IMG/VR virus record: IMGVR_UViG_2941446319_000001
Length of the DNA stretch: 34,747 bases
Source of the DNA: an uncultured virus (IMG/VR IMGVR_UViG_2941446319_000001)
Lineage: Duplodnaviria; Heunggongvirae; Uroviricota; Caudoviricetes
Strand: one strand, 5' to 3'
Part shown: positions 17,014-24,693 of the stretch, piece after piece
How the letters are laid out: each line of letters starts with the position of its first letter
Position numbering within the stretch: the first letter of the stretch is position 1
Translations under genes and position numbers: made by a program
The notes under the pieces: generated by a model
The model's input: the letters and a program-made list of their open reading frames with translations, nothing else
Told to the model about the DNA's origin: nothing
Database searches by the model: none

Positions 17014-17571
17014 CTATTTGCCGCCCTTCTTGCCGGCGATCTCAGGGCGTGGAGCTCGGCGCATCTGGTACGTGCGGAAATGGTCCTCCGGTTTCACCGC
17101 AGACGCGGGCCAATACCACTGACCGACTGCGCAGTTGCTGCCGTAGCAACGCCAGCAGGTGCCGTCCCTCTCCGCCCAGGTCCAGTTGTCATCACGGTGC
17201 CCGCACCGCGTCAGGTAGACCGTCCGCTCACTGTCAGGCACATGCCAACTGATGGCATCCCCCGGGCCGGCAGCCTCAAGGACAATGACGTGAGCTTCCT
17301 GCCACCAGCCGACGCCGCCCGCCTTGAGCATTCGCCGGAGTTCGATGGCCTTGTCCATGCGCTCCCAGTGCGGGCCCTTCACTTCCGCCCAGGTATTGAT
17401 GGCCGGCAAGTGAAAGTCGGGCAGGTATTGCTGCCCACTGGGGAGTTGGAGCGCGATCGGCTCGTACTGCCAGTGGAGATCCAGCTCGTCGAAGGTGCTT
17501 GCCCAGTCAGCTTCAAGGCTGGATCGGAACTTGATCCCCTTGTAGGTCAAGGGGACGGCGCGGATGTTCAA
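17014..17571 (-). CDS. PD-(D/E)xK nuclease
   Basis: FRSSLEADWA...YEP...YLPDFHL...WAEVKG. Confidence 0.85.
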   Translation of the reverse strand: MNIRAVPLTYKGIKFRSSLEADWASTFDELDLHWQYEPIALQLPSGQQYLPDFHLPAINTWAEVKGPHWERMDKAIELRRMLKAGGVGWWQEAHVIVLEAAGPGDAISWHVPDSERTVYLTRCGHRDDNWTWAERDGTCWRCYGSNCAVGQWYWPASAVKPEDHFRTYQMRRAPRPEIAGKKGGK

Positions 17572-17661
17572 GTGCGGGAGGACCTTCCGTGCTGATGGTG
17601 CTGATGGGACCGACGAGGGCTCGTGCTCCCCCGCTTGTTACGTTCTTCCACTCCTCACACT

Positions 17662-17710
17662 ATGCCACTACCCATGGCATTGCCTAATGGCCACTAGAGT
17701 TGGCTATACT
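17662..17710. promoter_or_regulatory. divergent promoter region with two GCCA-N7-TGGC operators
   Basis: ATGCCA-CTACCCA-TGGCAT and TGGCCA-CTAGAGT-TGGCTA; -10 TATACT lies 6 nt before ATG 17717. Confidence 0.6.
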
Positions 17711-17716
17711 GAGACC

Positions 17717-18025
17717 ATGGGAGACAGCCATGCCCTGATGCCTCCACCCATGTGCGAACATGAACCGGTGGATAAGGACCGTCAGCAGCGCCTGCGCCGC
17801 CTTGCGGCCACGTACAAACGCCGCACGGATGCCGCCGAAGCGGCTCACGACGAACTGGTGCGCGAGGTCCTCGACGCGCTCGACGATGGGGAGCAACAGG
17901 TCGACATCGTTCGAGAGATCGGCTTCACCCGCGAATGGGTCCGCCGCAAGGTCGTCGACGCCCGAAAGGCCAAGGCGCACCAAGACGAGAGGCGACGCCA
18001 GAGCGCCCCCTCCTCCTCCGACTGA
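17717..18025 (+). CDS. small HTH repressor-like protein (start 17717 or GTG 17768)
   Basis: QQVDIVREIGFTREWVRR HTH; resembles the 26623-26808 protein. Confidence 0.7.
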   Translation: MGDSHALMPPPMCEHEPVDKDRQQRLRRLAATYKRRTDAAEAAHDELVREVLDALDDGEQQVDIVREIGFTREWVRRKVVDARKAKAHQDERRRQSAPSSSD

Positions 18026-18045
18026 CCTGTTCACGCCCGCGCCGA

Positions 18046-18882
18046 TCATGCTGCGCTCTTCTTCCTGTGCTCCCTAACCCGGCGCCGGTCGTACTCACGA
18101 GCCGCGGCCACCATCAGCGGGGACTGGTCGCCGTGCCGCCTGTGCGCGTAGTGGCAGGCGGCGATCTCGCCGTCGTCCATCAACCGGACGCGGCGCCGCA
18201 GCTCGGCTTCCAGGTCCTCGCCAATCAGGTCGATCAGGTCATCCCAGGCAACCGGCGGCAGCCACCCCTTCGCCGCGGCGACTTTCTTGACCCGGCGGAT
18301 GCTGGCGCCCAGCTGACCTGCGCCGGCAGGGTCGACGTTCCACAGCCGGTCGTAGACAGCGGCGACTGCGCGGGCCGTCCGCGCTTTCACCCGGCCACCG
18401 TCCGGTGCCGCGAGGATGCGGTGGGCGTGAGCGTCGGGCAGCCCGGCCAGTTCCCCCACATGCTTGATCGGCCATCCAATGGCGGCGAGCGCCTGCAAGC
18501 GGCGGCGCGTCCCCACCGCGGGGAGCCAGCCGCGGGTAGGGACCTGGCCCGCGTGAACCGCGAGAATCTTGTCCGCGGTGGACGGCCGCACCGTCTTGGA
18601 GGGCGGCTGATTCTTCGACGGATGCCCGTACATGAGTGCGGACAGCCGTTGCGTGTCCAGCCCGGCCAGCTCCGCGATGGCGGGGATGCCAAGCCCGGAG
18701 TTCTGCAGGCGCTGAACGTGCTGGCGTACCGGCTCGGCGTGAACGTCGCGCCGGTGGGTGCCGGACATGAGGCCCATCCGGTACCGGTTGGCCGACGCCG
18801 CGTTCGCGGCCCGGCACGGCCCGCACCGGCAGCCGCCGTACCGGTAGCGGCGCACGTCCCCGTGGGGGTGCTCGGCCATCAC
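18046..18882 (-). CDS. multi-HTH DNA-binding protein with an N-terminal CRC-x2-C motif
   Basis: HGDVRRYRYGGCRCGPC; GIPAIAELAGL; GTRRRLQALAAIGW. Confidence 0.8.
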   Translation of the reverse strand: MMAEHPHGDVRRYRYGGCRCGPCRAANAASANRYRMGLMSGTHRRDVHAEPVRQHVQRLQNSGLGIPAIAELAGLDTQRLSALMYGHPSKNQPPSKTVRPSTADKILAVHAGQVPTRGWLPAVGTRRRLQALAAIGWPIKHVGELAGLPDAHAHRILAAPDGGRVKARTARAVAAVYDRLWNVDPAGAGQLGASIRRVKKVAAAKGWLPPVAWDDLIDLIGEDLEAELRRRVRLMDDGEIAACHYAHRRHGDQSPLMVAAAREYDRRRVREHRKKSAA

Positions 18883-19328
18883 GCCACCGCCTCCTGCTTA
18901 CCCTCGCGGCGGCGGCGCGCAGCCTCGTTGGTGCAGGGGCGGCACATCGAGTTGAGTCCGTCAGATGACCGCTTGTCCCTCCCGAACCAGCCGGCGGGCA
19001 GCGTCTCCTCGCATTGGTGGCAGCGCTTCTCGTCCACCGTGGGCTCCTGGGGGATGACGGAGGCGTGGAAGCCTGCCCGCTGTCGCCTTCGCCTCGCTGA
19101 GACGCGCTCGTCTTCGTTGAGGCCACCCCACAGGCCGGCGCGTTCCGGATGGGACAGCGAAAATTCGAGGCACTCGCTACGCACCGGGCACCCGGCACAG
19201 ATGGCCTTGGCCTTGCGCTCGCGCACGTCCCGTTCGGGCTGCCGTTCTCCGTCAGGGCCGAAGAACAGGACCAGGTCCTCCCCGCGGCACGAAGCAGAGT
19301 TCTGCCACTCCCAGCTAGGCGCCGCCAT
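18879..19328 (-). CDS. whiB: WhiB family transcription factor with an extra C-terminal Zn ribbon
   Basis: WQNSASC...AKAICAGCPVRSECLEF...GLWGGL (four Cys plus G-L-W-GG). Confidence 0.93.
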   Translation of the reverse strand: MAAPSWEWQNSASCRGEDLVLFFGPDGERQPERDVRERKAKAICAGCPVRSECLEFSLSHPERAGLWGGLNEDERVSARRRRQRAGFHASVIPQEPTVDEKRCHQCEETLPAGWFGRDKRSSDGLNSMCRPCTNEAARRRREGKQEAVA

Positions 19329-19704
19329 TACTGGCCTCCGTTTCAGATCGTTCCGAGGTGTTACGAATCGCGCCGGAAGCGTCCGAAGTCATCCGGTCGT
19401 GTCCGGCCAGCAGCCCTGCGACCGCCTCGTACGCCACCTCGGCCACCACCCGCGGGTCGGCATAGATCAGCCCTCCCACGGCGTGACAGCAGCCGGTGAG
19501 TGCTTCTACGAGCTCGTCGGGCACTCGGGCGGTGGTGCGGACCACCCGGGCGCGGGCTCGCAGCGTTTCCGCCGCCTGCGCGAGGGTGCGGTCGCGGACG
19601 TGGTCCTCGTGGTCCTTGAACTCCGCGGCGACGATCTCCGTCACTCGCATCAGGTCCTCGGGGAGGCGCAGCACCGGGCCGGCCTCTACGGTCTGGTCAG
19701 GCAT
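19315..19704 (-). CDS. hypothetical protein
   Basis: Overlap chain; SD GGAGG. Confidence 0.6.
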   Translation of the reverse strand: MPDQTVEAGPVLRLPEDLMRVTEIVAAEFKDHEDHVRDRTLAQAAETLRARARVVRTTARVPDELVEALTGCCHAVGGLIYADPRVVAEVAYEAVAGLLAGHDRMTSDASGAIRNTSERSETEASNGGA

Positions 19705-19933
19705 CGGCGGCCTCCGGAGGCTTACGTACGGTCACATGGCAGCCGCCAGGACCCTCAGCGCAGCGGCAGGCGCACCGGTTGGCGTCGGCGACGTCGGCGG
19801 GCAGCGGCCACGGGTGGCCCGCATGCTCGGCGTCTTCCGGATCCATCCAGGTGTGCGCTTGCGGCGGGTCGAAATGCTGGCCGAACTGGCAGGCCCAGCA
19901 GCGGGTCAAGCAGACGATCGCGTAGTCAGGCAT
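19697..19933 (-). CDS. Cys-rich hypothetical protein
   Basis: MPDYAIVCLTRCWACQFGQH...; SD GGAGG. Confidence 0.6.
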   Translation of the reverse strand: MPDYAIVCLTRCWACQFGQHFDPPQAHTWMDPEDAEHAGHPWPLPADVADANRCACRCAEGPGGCHVTVRKPPEAADA

Positions 19934-20294
19934 CGGCCGCCTCCGCTCTGGCGAGAGCGTCAGCGACGGTGTAGCCGCGGCACGCAAGATGTGGAGCGAG
20001 ACGGCCAGCAAGAGCGCACGCCGCCTTCTCGTCGAACCGGTGCCGGGCCAGCCAGTCGTCACGGGCGGCGTTGTCTGCGGCGATCTCCTCGTCGGTGACC
20101 GGCTCCTTGTCGCCGGGCGGCCCCCACGAGCGGTTGCCTTCGGCGTCGAAACAGGCACCGCGCAGGGTGACCGCCCAACGACCTTCGCCGCGATACTCGA
20201 CGATCAGCGTGAACATGTCAGCGTCCGGGTGCATCTCGGGCAGACAGGACACCTGGAAGCGGGTGATACGCACCTCGGGCTTGGGAATTGTCAC
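19926..20294 (-). CDS. hypothetical phage protein
   Basis: VEYRGEGRWAV...RHRFD. Confidence 0.7.
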   Translation of the reverse strand: MTIPKPEVRITRFQVSCLPEMHPDADMFTLIVEYRGEGRWAVTLRGACFDAEGNRSWGPPGDKEPVTDEEIAADNAARDDWLARHRFDEKAACALAGRLAPHLACRGYTVADALARAEAADA

Positions 20295-20299
20295 GGGTG

Positions 20300-20434
20300 C
20301 TATCCGCCTCTCTTGGGCTCGTCGAGAAGGTCAGGGTTGGGCCTGGGCACTCGGCACACGCGGGCGTGATCCTCGGCGGAGATGCCGTCGAGCTCGGCGA
20401 CGACGCAGCAGTACGGGCGCAGGTCCCCAGTCAT
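20300..20434 (-). CDS. small hypothetical protein (44 aa)
   Basis: MTGDLRPYCC...; ATGA overlap with the methyltransferase stop. Confidence 0.45.
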   Translation of the reverse strand: MTGDLRPYCCVVAELDGISAEDHARVCRVPRPNPDLLDEPKRGG

Positions 20435-21579
20435 GCGGCCACCTGCTCTCGCTTGTCTACGGCGACGATGTGGCGGGCGACCTGCTCCACGACAGGGACG
20501 GCGACCGCGTTGCCTGTCTGCCGGCACCGGGCGGCGTCGGACTGGCCTGCGGTCCAACCGTCCGGAAAGCCCTGCAAGCGCTCACGTTCAAGTGGGGTTA
20601 GCTGCCGTACGGCCCAGCCGATCTGCACTGCGGTCGCCTGAGTCGTGGTCAGCGCGGTCGGGGTGGGGCCGTAGCCGAGCCGCATGTCGCCGCCGGTCTG
20701 CGGGTTGAACGCCATCGGCGGTGCTGCTGCGATACGTACCGGGAGCAGCGTGGACGTGGCGTCAGAGTCGGGGCCCTTCGCGTCGCGGGCCTTAACCGTC
20801 GTAGCGATCAGGTGGCCGGCTTGGGCGGCGTTGTCGTCCGGGCCGCCACCGCCTCCAACGCTGTTAGCAGTGAGGGCGGCAACGACCTGCCCCGACGCTC
20901 GGCCCGGCGTAGGATTCCCTGCGCCGCCTTCGGGCTCAAGTAGTACTTGGACGGGACCTCGAGCGTCGGCTCCAGCACGTCCGACAATGATGACTCGACG
21001 GCGCTGCTGAGGGACTCCGTGGTACTGAGCGTCCAGCACTCGGTAGGCGAACCCATACCCGCGGTCTCCCAGCGACCCGAGGACGAGACCCATGGCGCCA
21101 CCGTGCGCTCGCATGCATCCTCCGGGGCAGGATCCGCCGGCGAGCTGGTGGGGTTCGGCGCATCCGTCGTGCTGCCCGGTACCGGGACAGGGGCAGACCG
21201 CTGACAGGAGGCCAGGGACGTTTTCGAGGACGACCCAGGCGGGGCGAAGGTCAGCCAAGAGCCGGTCGATCTCCCAGTAGAGGCCAGATCGTGTCCCTTC
21301 ACCCATGCCGCGGCGACGTCCTGCCACGGAGAGGTCCTGGCAGGGGAAACCTCCGGTGAGGATTCCTCGCTCTGGAACAAATCCGGCTGCTCGTAGCTGG
21401 TCACCGGTCACCTCTCGCACGTCTTCGAACAGGGTCACGTCGGGGAAGCGGCGGGCGAGGACGGAGCGGGCGGCGGGGTCGATCTCGACTGCGGCGACCA
21501 CTTTGACGCCGGCTCGCTGTAGCGCCAGGTCGAAGCCCCCGATACCGGCGAACAGGGAGACTGCGGTGAGGTCAGTCAC
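20431..21579 (-). CDS. DNA (cytosine-5)-methyltransferase
   Basis: Motifs SLFAGIGG (I), GGFPCQD (IV), ENV (VI), VPQQRRR (VIII), RLQGFPD (IX), GNAV (X); GTG start after GGAGGAGG. Confidence 0.95.
   Translation of the reverse strand: MTDLTAVSLFAGIGGFDLALQRAGVKVVAAVEIDPAARSVLARRFPDVTLFEDVREVTGDQLRAAGFVPERGILTGGFPCQDLSVAGRRRGMGEGTRSGLYWEIDRLLADLRPAWVVLENVPGLLSAVCPCPGTGQHDGCAEPHQLAGGSCPGGCMRAHGGAMGLVLGSLGDRGYGFAYRVLDAQYHGVPQQRRRVIIVGRAGADARGPVQVLLEPEGGAGNPTPGRASGQVVAALTANSVGGGGGPDDNAAQAGHLIATTVKARDAKGPDSDATSTLLPVRIAAAPPMAFNPQTGGDMRLGYGPTPTALTTTQATAVQIGWAVRQLTPLERERLQGFPDGWTAGQSDAARCRQTGNAVAVPVVEQVARHIVAVDKREQVAA
20808..21404 (-). CDS. nested alternative-frame ORF inside the methyltransferase gene (M.EcoHK31I beta-like)
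   Basis: 198 aa, Ser-rich, ending YYLSPKAAQGILRRAERRGRSLPPSLLTAL; SD-like GAGGT shortly before the GTG. Confidence 0.6.
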   Translation of the reverse strand: MTSYEQPDLFQSEESSPEVSPARTSPWQDVAAAWVKGHDLASTGRSTGSWLTFAPPGSSSKTSLASCQRSAPVPVPGSTTDAPNPTSSPADPAPEDACERTVAPWVSSSGRWETAGMGSPTECWTLSTTESLSSAVESSLSDVLEPTLEVPSKYYLSPKAAQGILRRAERRGRSLPPSLLTALEAVAARTTTPPKPAT

Positions 21580-21793
21580 GGCCCTCCTCCTCGGGGAACA
21601 CGTCGTGTATGTCGTCGTCAGCCAGCAGGGCGGCCCACAGCCGATCCCAGGCGGGATCGTCAGGCGGAGGAACAGCCACACGCTTCCGGCGGTCTTGGCG
21701 GAGCGACCACGCCCAAGCGGCGGCGCACCAGCAGAAGGCGGCGACCACGAGGGCGCCGATCCCGGCGAAGACATTGCGGATCAGGTCAGCCAC
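21572..21793 (-). CDS. small membrane protein
   Basis: Hydrophobic stretch VFAGIGALVVAAFCWCAAAWAWSL. Confidence 0.6.
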   Translation of the reverse strand: MADLIRNVFAGIGALVVAAFCWCAAAWAWSLRQDRRKRVAVPPPDDPAWDRLWAALLADDDIHDVFPEEEGRD

Positions 21794-22022
21794 GGTCGCC
21801 TCGCTCCGCGTCCCACCGCATGAAGTCGGGGACATCGTCGGTGTTCTCGGGCCGGTAGGTGGTGGGCTCGTAGGCGGCCCACCACCCTGCCGCCGCACGG
21901 TCGGCGGGCTCTGACACCTCTCCCAAGGGGCGGGCCAGGTAGCCGATCAGGACCCCGCCGGTGAGGAAGAACAGGCACAGCAGGCCGACGAGAAGGAGCT
22001 CAACCTGGTCAGGGGTGATCAC
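21786..22022 (-). CDS. small membrane protein
   Basis: Hydrophobic stretch LLLVGLLCLFFLTGGVLIGYL. Confidence 0.6.
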   Translation of the reverse strand: MITPDQVELLLVGLLCLFFLTGGVLIGYLARPLGEVSEPADRAAAGWWAAYEPTTYRPENTDDVPDFMRWDAERGDRG

Positions 22023-22447
22023 GTCTGCCCCATCCGCTTGGTGAGGAGGGAGACGACCTCGCCCGGGGTGAGGCTCTCCACCTGGGCGCGCAGTTGGGTG
22101 TTCTCCCGCTCCAGGTCTGCGATGTACACCCGGTACTCGGCTGCTCTCTCGCTCCATGCAGCGGTGAGCCGGTCAGCGGCGCGAGCTTTGGCGGCCCGGT
22201 CACGTCCCCAGAACCACCACCACAGGGCGTTGGCGGAGACGAAGGCCACCACGCCGGCGACCGCGATGACGAGGTCGCCCTTGCTGGCACCGGCCGCCGC
22301 GAGAGCACGCACGGCGAGCGTCATCAGCGTCGCGCCGACGATCGCGCCCCCGACCACTGCGACGGCGCCGATGGCCACCGGGGGAACGCGGGGCACCCAC
22401 CGCTTCACGACGGCCCGGATCTTGGCGAGGTCAGCCACGGGGCTCAC
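22019..22447 (-). CDS. membrane protein with a coiled-coil tail
   Basis: Two hydrophobic segments followed by IADLERENTQLRAQV. Confidence 0.7.
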   Translation of the reverse strand: MSPVADLAKIRAVVKRWVPRVPPVAIGAVAVVGGAIVGATLMTLAVRALAAAGASKGDLVIAVAGVVAFVSANALWWWFWGRDRAAKARAADRLTAAWSERAAEYRVYIADLERENTQLRAQVESLTPGEVVSLLTKRMGQT

Positions 22448-23090
22448 CGCCCTCGTCGGCGTCGAGGTTGTCGAGCCAGTCCGCCTCGGACGCGAACTCC
22501 GTGATCACCTTCATGGCGGCGGCGGGGTCTCCGGCGTTGGCCAGCCGGACTGCGCGGCGGATCTCCAGGGCCACCACGTCGATGACCCGGGCGAGATCCC
22601 GGGCCGCCTGTGCGCCGCCCTGGAGCTGGCCACCGAGCAGTTCCACGGCGGCCTTGAGCCGGTCCACCTCGGCCGCAGGCGTGACCATGTCCAGCGCGTT
22701 CACCCACGGGTCGTTGCCGGAGGAGTGCTCGCCGATCACCTCGATCGGGGCAACCGCAGCCGCGAACCTGTCGAGCAGTGCGTGGAAGTTGTCGCGCTCG
22801 TCGATCAGGTTGCCGGTCGCCTGCTCTTCCCGCTCGGCATCGAGGCGGAGGCGCTTGTTCTCGGCCTTGAGGCGGGCCACCTCGCGCTCCCAGTCGCCGA
22901 TAGCCACCCGGTTGAGCCGGTCGTGGGTGACGATCTGAGCGTTGAGGCGATCCACCTCGGCGAGCAGGTCCTTGCGTGCGGATTCCAGGGCCCACACGTC
23001 CGGGTTGTACGGGGCGTCGGCGGAGCAGGAGTCCACGCGGAGGTCCCGGATCTCGGCGAGACGCTGCTCTGGGGTGATCGGCTCAGACAT
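22431..23090 (-). CDS. coiled-coil hypothetical protein
   Basis: DLLAEVDRL and EVARLKAENKRL heptads. Confidence 0.75.
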   Translation of the reverse strand: MSEPITPEQRLAEIRDLRVDSCSADAPYNPDVWALESARKDLLAEVDRLNAQIVTHDRLNRVAIGDWEREVARLKAENKRLRLDAEREEQATGNLIDERDNFHALLDRFAAAVAPIEVIGEHSSGNDPWVNALDMVTPAAEVDRLKAAVELLGGQLQGGAQAARDLARVIDVVALEIRRAVRLANAGDPAAAMKVITEFASEADWLDNLDADEGGEPRG

Positions 23091-23445
23091 CGGCCTGCCC
23101 GCCGTCTTGCTCTGCCTGAGCCGGATTCACGGCGCCGAGGTAGAGGGCCAGCAGATGCCGGGCCACCTCATGCGTGGGCTGTGCGAGCGCCTGCCACATG
23201 ACCCCTTCAGCGGCCTCCAGGCGTGCCTTGAGCTGCTCCACCTCTGCCGGGTCCGGGACGGTCTCACCCTCGACCACGACCGCACAGAAGCGCTCAATCT
23301 GGGAGGGCTTGCCCTTGGGCGTGAACCCGATCCGCAGGACAGCGCCCTCACAGGCCACGTCCACGAAGCCGGCCAACGCCCGGTTCTCGAAGACCTCGCT
23401 GCCGCGCAGGTGCTCGGCGATCCTCTCCGGGGTGATGTCGTTCAT
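23083..23445 (-). CDS. hypothetical protein
   Basis: MNDITPERIAEH...; ATGA overlap. Confidence 0.65.
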   Translation of the reverse strand: MNDITPERIAEHLRGSEVFENRALAGFVDVACEGAVLRIGFTPKGKPSQIERFCAVVVEGETVPDPAEVEQLKARLEAAEGVMWQALAQPTHEVARHLLALYLGAVNPAQAEQDGGQADV

Positions 23446-23639
23446 GCGGAACGCTCCAGGGAGGTGTAGTCGTGGGCGGCCAGCGGGAACATGGCCAGCG
23501 GTGTGGTGCGCGGGGTGGTGAAGTCGTCGAAGAGAGCCGGGCGGATCTTCGCCAGGCACGACCAGCCGGTGTACGAGCCAGCGCAGTGACGGGAAGGGAC
23601 CAGGCCGAGCAGGCGGGCCACCCGATGTAAGGCCGTCAC
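23442..23639 (-). CDS. hypothetical protein
   Basis: GTG start overlapping the upstream stop. Confidence 0.45.
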   Translation of the reverse strand: MTALHRVARLLGLVPSRHCAGSYTGWSCLAKIRPALFDDFTTPRTTPLAMFPLAAHDYTSLERSA

Positions 23640-24040
23640 CGGGACACGCCCTCTCTGGCGTCCTGGTGGTCGTGCAGCTCGCCGAGGCGCTCCAGGTTCG
23701 CGTCCGGGTCCGGCGCCAGGTCCGGGACCGCCGTGAACGATCCCTCCGGCGAGGCGAACCCGTCCCACGACGCCGGGTACGGCTCCCCACGCGGGGTCAC
23801 CGACGCGCCGCCGATCACGTCGCCGCGCATCTTCGCCTGACGCCGGCCGATCGTCTCGTGCAGGTCCGTCATTTCCTCGTCGACGCTGCCGACCTCCGCC
23901 ATGAGCCGGACGCGCTCGGCTCGCAGCAGTTCCAGTTCCTGCTGGTCGCGGTCGTTCAGCTTCCGCAGGCGGGTGATGCCGTTCTCCGTGAGAGTGCGCA
24001 TCTGCTGGGCGTCGGCGATGGTCGTGTACGGCTGAGCCAT
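23636..24040 (-). CDS. coiled-coil hypothetical protein
   Basis: MAQPYTTIADAQQ...; SD AGGAGA. Confidence 0.7.
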   Translation of the reverse strand: MAQPYTTIADAQQMRTLTENGITRLRKLNDRDQQELELLRAERVRLMAEVGSVDEEMTDLHETIGRRQAKMRGDVIGGASVTPRGEPYPASWDGFASPEGSFTAVPDLAPDPDANLERLGELHDHQDAREGVSR

Positions 24041-24110
24041 TGGTGTTCTCCTGAGTCTGGTGTGGTCGGGGAAGGCCCGGCGTGCCCACAAGGGCGGGCA
24101 CGCGGGCGGG

Positions 24111-24668
24111 CTAAGGGGTCAAAGAATCGGAGGGGGTGGCCGACGACTTGCCGTGGCGCGTCAGCAGGTCTTCGAGGTGGTCCAAGCGCTCGGACATCTC
24201 CGCGAAGTCAGTGGAGGTCTCCCGCCTGAGGGTCTTGATCTCGCTCTGGCGCTGCTCGTCGCGCTGCTCCAGGCGGCGGATCATCTGCGAGTGCTGGCGG
24301 AGATTCATCTCCAGCCCGTCCATCCGCTTGCGCTCGTCAGCCGTAAGGGCGGACCTGTTGGCGCTCGCGGCCTTGTCGACGGCCTTGCCGAGCTGGCGGC
24401 GGGACTTCTTGTGGTGGTGGCGGGCGAGCGCTTCGTGCTCGCGGGCCTCGATGACGCGATATCCCTCATTGCGGACGCTGACGACGGTCCTGTGGTCCTC
24501 GATCTCAAGCTGCCGGATGGCCCGGTAGATGGGGCTGCGGTCCTCGCGGAAGTCGCGCTTCAGGATGGCGTCGAGCTTCTCGTAGGTGAGGACCTTGCCG
24601 ACTTCCAGCGCGGCGAGTGCGTCGTACACGAGGACCCACTGGGCCCTGTCGCCCTTGATTTCAAACAT
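24111..24668 (-). CDS. wHTH + coiled-coil protein immediately downstream of the repeat array (putative accessory protein)
   Basis: MFEIKGD...LTYEKLDAIL...IYRAIRQLE...VRNEGYRV is winged-helix-like, followed by a long heptad region; SD GGAG at 24675-24678. Confidence 0.75.
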   Translation of the reverse strand: MFEIKGDRAQWVLVYDALAALEVGKVLTYEKLDAILKRDFREDRSPIYRAIRQLEIEDHRTVVSVRNEGYRVIEAREHEALARHHHKKSRRQLGKAVDKAASANRSALTADERKRMDGLEMNLRQHSQMIRRLEQRDEQRQSEIKTLRRETSTDFAEMSERLDHLEDLLTRHGKSSATPSDSLTP

Positions 24669-24693
24669 GCGAAACTCCAGGTAGAAGTGAAGA

